Shown: positions 53,481 through 63,691, numbered from the stretch's first letter. The stretch: DNA of 64,000 nucleotides from Ginglymostoma cirratum (GCA_024137785.1 JAHRHZ010000076.1:15141873-15205872); one strand, 5' to 3'. Numbers and translations: made by a program. Notes: a model not told the origin generated them from the sequence alone.

Positions 53481-54613
53481 TACTTTGCTCAGTCTATTTG
53501 TTTTTCTAAACCTTTCTCTGGCCGAGCAATCCGTTAGTGAGAATGGTCTGGATTTGGTGTGGGTGAGACCCCGATAAGGACAGCAGACTGCCTTCCATGG
53601 AGAACAATACCGGATCAGTTATGGTTTTCTAACAATGTTAAGAGTGTTCCTGCCCGTTGTGCGGGTGTCGACCCAGCGAACACTAGCTACGCTGAGTCCA
53701 ACTTCACGACCTAAGCCCTGAATTAATTGTCTCTACAGTAGAAACCTCTCCTAGACTGGCAAACCGGATCATACAGCCGCAAGAATTACCTTCATTCACG
53801 ATTGTTGATATGTTCTGAACAGTGGGGCCACACGTCGGGACTGAAATACCATCAGGTGTTAGATTAGCTACAGCGAGGGAGAGAAAGACAGAACATAGAT
53901 TAGAAGCAGTCCGAACATTCAGCGGTGCGTTAAATGTTGATAGGGGATGGAAACTTGAATCAGGCAGTATGCCCATTTGGAAACTGCCGGTTATGGCCCT
54001 GAGTAAACGACGCGTGCTTGTGGAAGTTCGGAATCTCTTAGACTGAGGAGGTCGACTCCATAAGGAACTCGACACTACAACATCATAATTTTCCGAAGTT
54101 AAGACATTGGGTATAACGCTTTCGCTTTTTTCTTTCAATAAACTTTCAGTTCTCCGTCCTTACCGGAGGATCAGTATTTCACTATAATCTGAAATGGGCA
54201 ACTGTGAATTGAATAATGATCATGTTGCTCCGGTTTCACGCCATCAAACTTTTATAGGTTTGATGGACGGACCTTCATTCGTCTTTCGGTGTTGCATGAA
54301 ACAGTGCCGCCTTTGTGCTATTCCGCCCGGAGTTGCAGCGGATCTTCCAACGAAGTTCCGCCGTCGTTCGGGAGAACGCGCGAGATTTCAAAGGTTTATT
54401 CTTCCCCCTCATTCTAGTGACAATTTATCAAATTTACAGATTTCAGAACTGATCGTTATGAATCCGGCGTATTTCACAAGGGGGGCATTGGCACGGATGG
54501 AATGCCGCATTGAAATAAAAGTCACATTTGCAATATAAGTGCTGGGAAGATATTGCATTCCGTGTCAGAAATTGTCCTAAATAGGTCCCTGCTAGAACAA
54601 CATTTGTACTAAC

Positions 54614-54655
54614 CGATTTCAAGGGCAGAACCTGGTCTTGGTTCCCTAACAGAAG
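54614..54655 (-). CDS. TRGC: TRGC exon 2 (connecting peptide)
   Basis: TTTTCTATTCAG|(A)SVREPRPGSALEI|GTTAGT, 42 nt, phase 1-1; keeps the frame between exon 1 and exon 3. Confidence 0.8.
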
Positions 54656-54808
54656 CTGAATAGAAAATCCTTAGATTCGGTTTAGAATCGCTACTGTTTA
54701 ATTATTTCAGGAACTCTAAATCGCGGGCGAGTTAATAAGCGTCTGAGAAAACGCGTCTATAGGGCAGGGGGATCTTTAATCTGATTGAACCTGCTCTATA
54801 ATTTATCT

Positions 54809-55015
54809 ACAAGAACAACAAATACAAAGTTGCTGGAAAAGCTCAGCAGGTCTGGCAGCATCTGTGGAGGAGAAAACAGAGTGAACATTTCGGGACCGGA
54901 CGCGAAACGTGAACTCCGTTTTCTCCTCCTCAGACGCTGCCAGACCTGCTGAGCTTTTCCAGCAACTTTGTATTTGTTCCTGATTTACAGCATCCGCAAT
55001 CCTTTTGGTTTTTAT
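54809..55015. mobile_element. Fold-back family-2 element in TRGC intron 1
   Basis: Arms about 54818-54893 and 54903-54978 are inverted; 14-bp TSD TCTATAATTTATCT at 54795-54808 / 55016-55029. Confidence 0.85.
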
Positions 55016-55220
55016 TCTATAATTTATCTGTATGGTTATATGATGGATTATTGCGTCAGGCAAATACCGGACGCTGTTTCTACAACAAAATGCAGTAACT
55101 TAAAGTGAGTGTCAAAAAGAACATTTTAATGAGATGGAGATTGATGCAAAATGTTTCCTGAACCGCTTGTGCTAAGGAGTAGAAGATAAGAGAAGACAAT
55201 GGAGCCAATGGAAACAGTAC

Positions 55221-55541
55221 CTCCTGGGGATTCCTTCGGAATCGTGACTTTAGCTGGATTTGTTTCATGCTCCGCCCGGCAGGAAATGTTTTGGGAAGTC
55301 CATTCAAGCTTAGTGATTATCAGGCGACTGACCACTGAGTAGGCGTCGTTTTCCTGTTTCTCCACTGCGTCTGTTAACACCTGGTCACTGGGTGCGTTCT
55401 TATCCCCGATGATCCATTGGACCCTAATGACTTCGGGGAAGAAATCAGTCAGGAGACAGACGACGGCCGCTCTGTTATTCAAGTCCAGCTCAGTTTCGTT
55501 CGGACCGAACGTTTGAATTTTTGGTTCCCGAACATTGTAGC
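55221..55541 (-). CDS. TRGC: T-cell receptor gamma constant region exon 1 (Ig C1-set domain)
   Basis: Acceptor TTTTTTTTGTTAAAATCAG|; translation (G)YNVREPKIQTFGP...AVVCLLTDFFPEVIRVQW...YSVVSRL...ISCRAEHET...ESPG; donor G|GTACTG; 321 nt, phase 1-1. Gamma assignment rests on the CLL.DFFP.VI...W motif, 12-RSS J segments with no D seen, and adjacency to STARD3NL. Confidence 0.93.
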
Positions 55542-55689
55542 CTGATTTTAACAAAAAAAAAGGTCTGTAAACTTCTATGTTAAGGACAAGCAAATTTGCA
55601 ATACACAACTGTCTGCAGGTGGAGTAAATACGGGGAAATAGCTTCCAGTGTCAGGCAACCATGGGTTCATATGTCCAAACCGTAAGATC

Positions 55690-56080
55690 TTAAGATTTAA
55701 GAACAGGAGTTGGCCGTTCGGCCCCTCGAGTCTGCTCAGCATTCAATGGGACTATGGCTGTTCCGCTATTCCTCACGTCCGCTTTCCTGCTCTTTACCTG
55801 TAATCCTTGAGTCCCCTACTGATCAAGAATCTGTCTATTTTATATGTGGCTAGGAGTCCGAAAAACTCATAACTCTCTGACAGAAGAAATTCTTCCTCAT
55901 CTGAGTCTTAAATTGGGGCCCTTTCATTCTGAGACTATGCCCTCTGGTCCAAAAAACCTCCCATGAGGGGAAACATTCTCTCATATTGATCCTGTCAAGC
56001 CCCTTAAGAATCCTAACTTTTTCAATGAGATCACTTCTCGTTTTTTCTAAACTCCAGTGAGTAGAATCCCAACCTGGTTA
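55690..56080 (-). mobile_element. CR1 LINE 3' end
   Basis: Same family as 10340-10740. Confidence 0.7.
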
Positions 56081-56094
56081 GCTTTTGTTCAAAG

Positions 56095-56716
56095 ATAAAA
56101 GGTACTGCAGATGCTGGAGAATCCGAGATAACAAGCGTGGGGCTGGATGAACACAGCAGGTCAAGCAGCATCAGAGGAGCAGGAAAACTTGACGTTTCGG
56201 GCCTAGACCTTTCATCAGAAANNNNNNNNNNNNNNNNNNNNNNNNNNNNNNNNNNNNNNNNNNNNNNNNNNNNNNNNNNNNNNNNNNNNNNNNNNNNNNN
56301 NNNNNNNNNNNNNNNNNNNNNNNNNNNNNNNNNNNNNNNNNNNNNNNNNNNNNNNNNNNNNNNNNNNNNNNNNNNNNNNNNNNNNNNNNNNNNNNNNNNN
56401 NNNNNNNNNNNNNNNNNNNNNNNNNNNNNNNNNNNNNNNNNNNNNNNNNNNNNNNNNNNNNNNNNNNNNNNNNNNNNNNNNNNNNNNNNNNNNNNNNNNN
56501 NNNNNNNNNNNNNNNNNNNNNNNNNNNNNNNNNNNNNNNNNNNNNNNNNNNNNNNNNNNNNNNNNNNNNNNNNNNNNNNNNNNNNNNNNNNNNNNNNNNN
56601 NNNNNNNNNNNNNNNNNNNNNTTTCTGATGAAAGGTCTAGGCCCGAAACGTCAAGTTTTCCTGCTCCTCTGATGCTGCTTGACCTGCTGTGTTCATCCAG
56701 CCCCACGCTTGTTGTC
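56095..56716. mobile_element. Young inverted-arm Penelope-derived insertion spanning the assembly gap
   Basis: Arms on either side of the N-run are near-perfect reverse complements, with cores at 56191-56218 and 56625-56652; 17-bp TSD TTAGCTTTTGTTCAAAG at 56078-56094 / 56717-56733. Confidence 0.85.
56222..56621. other. Assembly gap (400 N)
   Basis: Run of N. Confidence 1.
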
Positions 56717-57820
56717 TTAGCTTTTGTTCAAAGTTGCGCAGCGAGTTGTGATCTGGAATGCACTGTCTGTAAAAGATGCGGAAACTAATTCAAATTTTGA
56801 AAAGTAGAAATACATAAAGCTGTGGCGGGAGAGCAGAGGAGAAGCGCCAACTGGAAAGACGTGGCCCTTCACGATAGACCTAATATCTTCCTTCTCTAAT
56901 GTATCTTTGTAAAATTTTACGCTGCCTTCCAAATCTCTTAACACTTTTGCTCCCCTGGCCACTTTCTTTGATTCTAAACTAATGAAAAGGAAGTCGCTCC
57001 TTTCCTTTCTTTAGGGATTCCTCTGGGACCAGAGTAATTGAGTTGAAATGATCAATGAATAATCAGGAACTTTTAATAGTACGTTGACCCGTGGTAATTT
57101 TGAAGCTGAACATGAACTAAATGCCGGTCTTTTCTCGTTCTGACTGAAATGTGATGAACGGACCATATTACCGGCCTTTTGGGGCTCCGATCCCACATGT
57201 CGCCTCAGTCCCCCTCACCGGCGCGGATAGTCCAGCACCGAACAGATCGCCTACCCTTCCCCCAGTCCTCCCGCGTCCAGACCTACTCAGTTACCCACGC
57301 TTTATCCCTACATCATCAACTGCCAAGATGTTATACACAGCCACTAGCTCCTAAAGTATAGATTTGTGGACAGTGTAAACAGCTTGGGACATCAATCATG
57401 TTCTTAACGCTGCTCCAAAATAACTAAAGTACTTTCACCCTGAAAGTCGAAATTTTATGTAAATCCATTATATATAAAGGCAAACTATTGTGAATGCTGG
57501 AATTTCAAACAAACACAGAGAATGCAGGAGGAACTCAGCTTGCCTTGTGTAGCATAAATTCACTGCTTATTCTGTTATGTTGGACATTGCCCAGAGCTGC
57601 AGCTATTGTGTGAGAGCAGTGAACGATTTCAACTGGAAACTAAATTCCTCGTTCATTTTGGGGTCCCACTGTAACTTCCCGGTTTCTACACGTTCCATTC
57701 CCAACAAATTAAAGCATCTGATCGCCCCTAAAGCGATGCTAAGCGTTGTTTTTCGTGTCTCCCTGAAGCAGAATGTGAACTGTTCCCGTGTATTGTTAAA
57801 TGCCGGATTTGAAGACTCGC

Positions 57821-57877
57821 AGGTGGTCTCCGGTTCAGTCCCAGCGCCGAAAGCGGAAGATTTTCTTTATCACTTTG
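57821..57877 (-). pseudogene. Degenerate TRG J segment
   Basis: *RKSSAFGAGTEPETT+T|GCGAGT (GC donor); heptamer-like CACTTTG at 57871-57877; no recognisable nonamer; in-frame TAA at the 5' end. Confidence 0.65.
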
Positions 57878-57943
57878 CATAAATTGAAGGGCATAAGGCT
57901 GCAGGGGAACATGACCCGGGATGAGCAACAAAATAAGACTCAC

Positions 57944-57992
57944 CTGTTACAACGAGCCTGGTCCCAGTGCCGAACTGCAAAAGTGCACCGAC
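57944..57992 (-). CDS. TRGJ: TCR gamma J segment (C-proximal intact J)
   Basis: VGALLQFGTGTRLVVT+G|GTGAGT. Confidence 0.9.
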
Positions 57993-58020
57993 CACAGCGG
58001 CAGAGGACTGTACAAAATCT
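57993..58020 (-). other. 12-bp-spacer RSS (variant)
   Basis: Read on +: CACAGCG-12 nt-ACAAAATCT. Confidence 0.88.
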
Positions 58021-58029
58021 TCAGCGGTG

Positions 58030-58150
58030 AGTATTACTGCCGCTTTTAAGGGTTACTATCTCAGTACACTTACTGTGTCTCTGTGCTATTACCATCTGCA
58101 TTAGTATTATTGACTCTATTAATTGTTACTGTTTCTACTCATTACCACTG
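58030..58150. repeat. Degenerate (ATTACT/TTACTG)n low-complexity tract
   Basis: Recurrent TATTAC/TTACTG units. Confidence 0.55.
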
Positions 58151-58571
58151 CTTAATCCAACTGAGCGTTAGATGTTTCCCTCGTTAAACATCACAGAATT
58201 TTCAGAGTTACTAGTAATGGGGAAATTCTGCAAACACAATTTAAGTGGTGGATCCAGATTATCGCGGTACTTGGATACCAACCTATCGTTACCCCCGACA
58301 GGCTGGGATCTTGCTGGTGATAGCCATCTTGGTCACGATACCGTATTGTACAGTCCCCGTGTTACGGGATGATCAGTTTTAACATTGGCAGCGTGAGGTA
58401 CCCGGGATCATGCACTCAGCGCCTCTGACTCCGTTAAAAAGCTCGAGTCGAGAACACGTCAAGCGGCCTTTGACCCAAGTTCCCGAGACTTTCCCGATAT
58501 GAACCCGGAGCGAGCCCCGCTGCGCTATGACTCTTTAACCGCTGCTGGAGTGACTAACACTATCCACTCAC

Positions 58572-58618
58572 CTGTAACTAGCAGTTTAGTTCCAGCTCCG
58601 AAGACCATTCCCTCTGAC
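58572..58618 (-). CDS. TRGJ: TCR gamma J segment
   Basis: SEGMVFGAGTKLLVT+G|GTGAGT. Confidence 0.93.
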
Positions 58619-58646
58619 CACTGTGACATACATCTGTACAAATACC
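58619..58646 (-). other. 12-bp-spacer RSS
   Basis: Read on +: CACTGTG-12 nt-ACAAATACC. Confidence 0.93.
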
Positions 58647-58874
58647 CCGCCACCGCCTGTATCGTGACACTGACTTATTTCAGCAAACACTGACTGGGAA
58701 CAAGGGATTTGATGCCAGTCTCCTCCATTAGGTTTGGAAACACGAGGACCTGACACCGTGGCCAGTCAAACTCCCTGCAAATATTGTACAGACTGACCGC
58801 CACACCAGACGTTATTTTTGTAAATAAATCTCTCCGAAACCTATTGAACACTTCACCGCGCTCAAACCTCTTAC

Positions 58875-58931
58875 CAGATACTATGAGCCGAGTCCCAGAG
58901 CCGAATATTTTTCTCCATGCACCAGAGATAG
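58875..58931 (-). CDS. TRGJ: TCR gamma J segment
   Basis: ISGAWRKIFGSGTRLIVS+G|GTAAGA; W.KIFG.GT is characteristic of TRGJ. Confidence 0.95.
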
Positions 58932-58959
58932 CACTGTGTTATATCACTTTACAATAACC
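58932..58959 (-). other. 12-bp-spacer RSS
   Basis: Read on +: CACTGTG-12 nt-ACAATAACC. Confidence 0.95.
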
Positions 58960-59172
58960 AATTCATTTGCACAGCCTCTCTCCCGAAGGAACTAAACCTG
59001 AAGAAATCAGAACATATCGGCCCGCTCCTCTGAAAGCCAGTCTAGTCCCGATGCCCAATTCTCCAGGCATTCACCCGGAGTTCCGGTCCTTACACCATCT
59101 CTAATAACCCGGTTACTCGGCATTTCTCCGCTGTTACTGCAAAAGGCATCGCTCTTTGCGCCGAATTCTCAC

Positions 59173-59227
59173 CTGTGACAAAGAGTTTAGTTCCAGCGCC
59201 GAAGATTTTCACGACAGCACCGCTGTC
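59173..59227 (-). CDS. TRGJ: TCR gamma J segment (most V-proximal intact J)
   Basis: DSGAVVKIFGAGTKLFVT+G|GTGAGA; FGXG motif; phase-1 donor. Confidence 0.95.
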
Positions 59228-59255
59228 CACTGTGTTACACCCCCTGACAATAACC
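59228..59255 (-). other. 12-bp-spacer recombination signal sequence
   Basis: Read on +: CACTGTG-12 nt-ACAATAACC. Confidence 0.95.
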
Positions 59256-59699
59256 TACCACTCTCGCTCTGCTTCGTCACCAGCGGCGTTTCCAGCTCTT
59301 AGTTGACTGCACCGTTTTACAGTAACCACACGACAATTACTGCCCAAGCGTGTCAACACAGTGCAAAACAGCTTGTCCACCTCAACTGATCTAGTTTCAG
59401 TGATACGGCCAATCCGGATTCAGAAAGACTGAATCTGACCTGGACTCCCCCAGACCCAGCTCTCACTGAAAGCATTTTCAGGGCTTGGAACCCCCCAGTC
59501 TCACACTTGCATCAATTCCAATGTCACACTAACTAACTGGCTGATGTTCCACCCATGTCCACATCTGGTACACAGAATTTCGGAGGTGAGGTGTGAGGGG
59601 TAGGGAAAGGGTGAGGTGAGGAGTGCAGGTTTTGTAATTGAGTGACCGTTAGTATTGGGGTCAAGTTGAGAATCAAGTTTAGAGTTAGTCTGATGAACA

Positions 59700-60550
59700 G
59701 GTTTCTTCTTTTATTGCAAAAATGTATTTTATTCACAAAAAAAACTTTATATATAACTATGTACAAAGTGTTCTCCATCCTTTCCATGGAGTCTTTGCAG
59801 AGAGAAAAAGGAAACACGGGGTCATATTGGAATTTGACATCCCACAGAGCTACCAGTTAGTCGCAAAAGCTAAGGCATTTTTACCTCATACAGGAAAAAA
59901 GATTTCCACATATTTTGAGGCAATGGGAGTCTGAGAACTGAACAGACCCTTGCTATATTTTGGCAGATAGACCTTAAACAGCAGTCTTTCCCCTTGGCAG
60001 TAGCTGTCCTAAGCTGTGGTGCTTCACCCTGCACATAGTCCTGGACCTTGGAACGCGCCAGTCTGCAGCACTCAGTCCAGGCCAATCCCTGCACTGGAAG
60101 ACCATCAAGTTTTGGGCAGACCAAAGAGCATCTTTCTCTGAGTTGATGGACCTCCAGGAGCAGCTAATGCTTGTCCTTGTGTGCATCCTGGGAAGCAGCC
60201 TGTCGAGCACAGAGTCCTTTGTCACGGATCTGTTCAGGACCAACCTCCACAAAAACTGTTGCATGTCTCTCCAGACCTTCTTTGCAAAGGCACATACCCA
60301 AAGGAGGTGTGTCACAGTCTTTATTCCCTCCCCCAGCCACTTTGAGGGCAGTGTGTGGTGGCAGAGAGAGTAATGAAGGATTTGACAGGCAGGGCCATTC
60401 TCACCACCAGCCAAGCGACATCGTGGTGCTTGTTGGAAAGTTCCGGTAACGAGTAATTCTGCCAAATAACTTTTACAGTCTGCTCAAGGTTAAGGCAAGA
60501 GCGAGGACATGTTCTTTGCAAGCTGGGTTGATCGATCCTTTATCCCTTCA
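59700..60550 (-). mobile_element. Tx1-like (L1 clade) LINE 3' end
   Basis: HDVAWLVVRMALPVKSF...CP...TVTHLLWVCAFAKKVW...INS.KDALWSAQN (zf-RVT-like C-terminus); AATAAA-rich 3' end at 59710-59735. Confidence 0.75.
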
Positions 60551-60829
60551 CGGTCGGAATAGATTACCAGAATAGAAGTCAGCTGCTTACCTAATAGGTC
60601 CGTGTCGGGTGAAGAAAAGTTGTGGGGAACACTGCTGTATCTCATATCCAATATCTGAGTAATGCAAGTCAATTAAGTTTCCTGAAAATAAATCACAATC
60701 ACAGAAGTGACCTTTCAGGCCTTTTGCTTGAAAGTATACAGCAATATTCTAAATGATCCAGAAGCGCAGATCCAGAGGTTGACCTGGTGTGACCAGTGGC
60801 AGAGTAGCATAATGAGCTAGAATGTGAAG

Positions 60830-62290
60830 CTATAATGACATGTGTTTAACATGGGCCATGTAAAAAGAAATGAAAATTTTTTTCTGTCTGGAATAGGAAG
60901 ATAACTTTCTGTTCACAGCTGATAAAAAGAGGAAAATTTGCTTTCTCAGTCACCAAAGGAAATCACTAAGTAAAAAGGATAATTTTGGAATGACACGCAA
61001 TAATGATGCACAGTGATTCATGGATACATGTCTGTTGAACAATATGCTTCAGACAAAGAAAGTTGATGAACTGAAGGTGATTCTGTAAGGTGAACTGTTT
61101 TTTTTCAAACCAGCCATAAAAGATAAGGCTAGCACTGAAGCACTGAGGCAACATTTTGTACTTCCTATTTTCTGGCAAAACAGAGGAAATCATTACAGAT
61201 GGTAGAGTAGCCAAAGAAACAATGACTGTGGGCAATAATTCTTTATTCAAGGACTTTAAGAACAAAGAAGAAATAATAATGGCACCAAAACTTGTCACCT
61301 GATGATTTCACAGTAGCAAGATGAGTGGAATCTTTGTCTGAAGACATCTTTCAGCAACAACAGCAGGACCTGAAGGACTGTGAACACTTCTCATTGCAGT
61401 TTGATGAATCCATCAACACAACAGCCCAGCTGATTGTTCTTATGTGCGTAGTTTTTAAGGACAGGACAACTAAAGAAGATCTTCTCAGTCTAGTGCCCCT
61501 TAAAGAGAGGTTAACTGTTCGGGTATATGGAATGAATTCAAAAAGTGTGTTCTTGAGAAAAAAATTCCAATCAAGAAATTGGTTTCTTTCACAACTGATG
61601 GTGCACCAGCCATGTTTGACACAAATTTGGACTTTGTTGCAAAACCAAAGTCGCTGGAAAAGCTCAGCAGGTCCAGCAGCATCCGTGGAGGAGAAAACAG
61701 AGTCAACATTTCGGGTCCGGAGACCCTTCCTCAGAATGGACTTTGTTGCATTTTGCAGAACTGGTTGTGATTACTCTTTTGTTATTTACCACAGTATAAC
61801 CCATCACAATATTAAAGAGTAGAGTTATGGACTTTTTGGGTATAATGAAATGTGTCGTGAAGATTGTAAACTGGATTTGAGCAAGACCCCTGCAGCACCT
61901 TTTGTTGATATTCCTACTCGACAAACTTGATGCGCCCTACTGTTAATCAATACTCCTTGCTGATCTGAACTGATCGAGTCGAACAAAGATCCTACAACGA
62001 TTTTTAGGTCTGATGCCTGAAATCATCATTTTTCTTAAATCAAGGAATGAAGAGCACAATGACCTGTGAGACAGTGCACAGTTGTTCAACATCAGGTTCC
62101 TTACAGAACATCTAAATATAACAAGCTGAGCTGTGAATGGCAGGGAAGGGATAGAAACTTAGCACATATGAGCAGTGCTGAACATGCATTCAAATTTAAA
62201 CTGGGTCTATGGTCCTCCCAACTGAAAAATAAAATGCTGCAACCTTTCCTCAGTCTGGAGAAGATGCTAGAAAAAAATCAAAGACTAAAA
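60830..62290 (+). mobile_element. hAT Charlie/Buster (GTF2IRD2-like) transposase fossil with nested family-2 element (61642-61736)
   Basis: FSLQFDES...AQL...KEDLLSLVPLKER and VSFTTDGAPAM catalytic motifs, frameshifted. Nested element TSD TGGACTTTGTTGCA at 61628-61641 / 61737-61750. Confidence 0.85.
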
Positions 62291-63084
62291 AATTACATCA
62301 ATAATAACAGCACAAAGCAGGTTTTGGGGTTTGAATTAAATTAATAATTTAATAATGTATCAACTAAATTCTAATAGAGAGAACTGAGATTTCTTACATC
62401 ATGAGTGTTCAGTTTAATCCAGTTGCTTATAATTCTTGTGATTGTGGGAACACCCAATTTTAGGATTGTAGACAAAGGTGTTTCCTAAGTTTCAGAGCTG
62501 CTGTTACTGCCTTTTTGATACCTCTCTAACGTGGAGATAGGAATACACAATAACTTATCAAAATTTGCCAATGATAGCATCTTTGGATATATGACAGAAA
62601 GGAGGTGGAATAATCAAAATATTGTGAGGTGGAATTTAATATGGTGAATGCAGAGAAGTGTGAATTTTGGCAGAGGGGTTAGCAAGAGGCCAATTAGACA
62701 TAAAGGCACCAGTTTAAAGGGTTTACAGAAACACAGGGGCTTGGCCTTTATGTACATAAATCTTTGAAGGTTTCAGGACATATTGACAGAATAATTAGCA
62801 AAGCAACAGTGGACTGGTTGAGTACAGTTGGTACTACGCCTGTTGTGAACAGCCAATGGAATATTTTGATTGATATGACCCACCAGTCTTTGAGATGTCT
62901 CGCGTAAATACCTTGAATCACACACAAATAGCTGTTTCCATTAGTTGATTGTGAAAGAACTTGGAGCCACAGATTTAGACAAGAAATGCAGGGTAGCTAT
63001 AAAGAAGAACCTTTTTATATGACAAATGACAAAACCTTAGGACACATCATAGAACTGTAGGTGATGAATATATCAAAATGGAAT

Positions 63085-63691
63085 TGTTATGAACCAGACC
63101 AGGCAGCCTTAAATTTTTTTAAGGATTTAGCCTCGACCCTAACTTTTTCTTATTCCGAAGGCAAATGTAAAGTGTCTTTTCCATGTGCAAGGCAACTGCT
63201 CAAACTACTTGACGTTATGCAAAACACAATTTATTTAATCACTGTGGTTAAAATATAACCAAAGAAAGAGGAATCTGGAATAACTTAACTTTATTAGAAA
63301 CTTAACAGAATAATAGACACAGTAACTATCACTAATCAACAGTTCAATATAGTAACATTCTATAAACACACTCCTTTGCAATAAAGGAAAATTCAGACTT
63401 AGATTCTCACATGCCGTTCTCCAGAAAGAAAAAAAACATCAAGAGAAAATTCAGAGAGAGTAGCAGCCAGGAGACATTCGCTGGAGCTTCCAGCTCTTTC
63501 GAGATCCCGATAGCTTCTGATGCTACTCAGAAATCCTGATCAGTGAGAGCTGGCCACACACATCCAGGTTCCCAAGGCCTCCTAATTTGTTTGCACAAGC
63601 GGTCTTGAGTAACCAGCTCATCACTTCTGCCTCACAACGTCTCTTCAAAACAAAAAACAAAATAACTTCTTAAAGTGACAGCATTGTCGGA
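63085..63691 (-). mobile_element. Solo LTR (Gypsy-like)
   Basis: Terminus TGTTATGAACC (…CATAACA on -); other end CTTAAAGTGACAGCATTGTC-like; imperfect 4-bp TSD GAAT/GAAC. Confidence 0.55.

Noticed and set aside
53704-54138. 144-aa minus-strand ORF in TRGC intron 2
   Set aside because: No recognisable domain and no phase-compatible splice sites; probably a chance ORF in GC-richer sequence.
54164-54201. Micro-exon candidate (AG...|GTAAGG) in TRGC intron 2
   Set aside because: Possible lengths of 25 or 38 nt would frameshift the TM exon.
55080-55307. Alternative-frame ORF in TRGC exon 1 as a TARP equivalent
   Set aside because: It starts at TTG late in the exon, runs into the intron and has no recognisable similarity to TARP.
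56137-56706. 163-aa ORFs on both strands
   Set aside because: Artefacts of translating through the N gap and its inverted flanks.
57385-57445. Further J relic (YFGAA with CACCCTG)
   Set aside because: No donor, no nonamer and an in-frame stop; too weak to call.
61325-61822. GTF2IRD2/ZBED-like domesticated gene
   Set aside because: Frameshifts, stops and a nested repeat indicate a dead hAT transposon.
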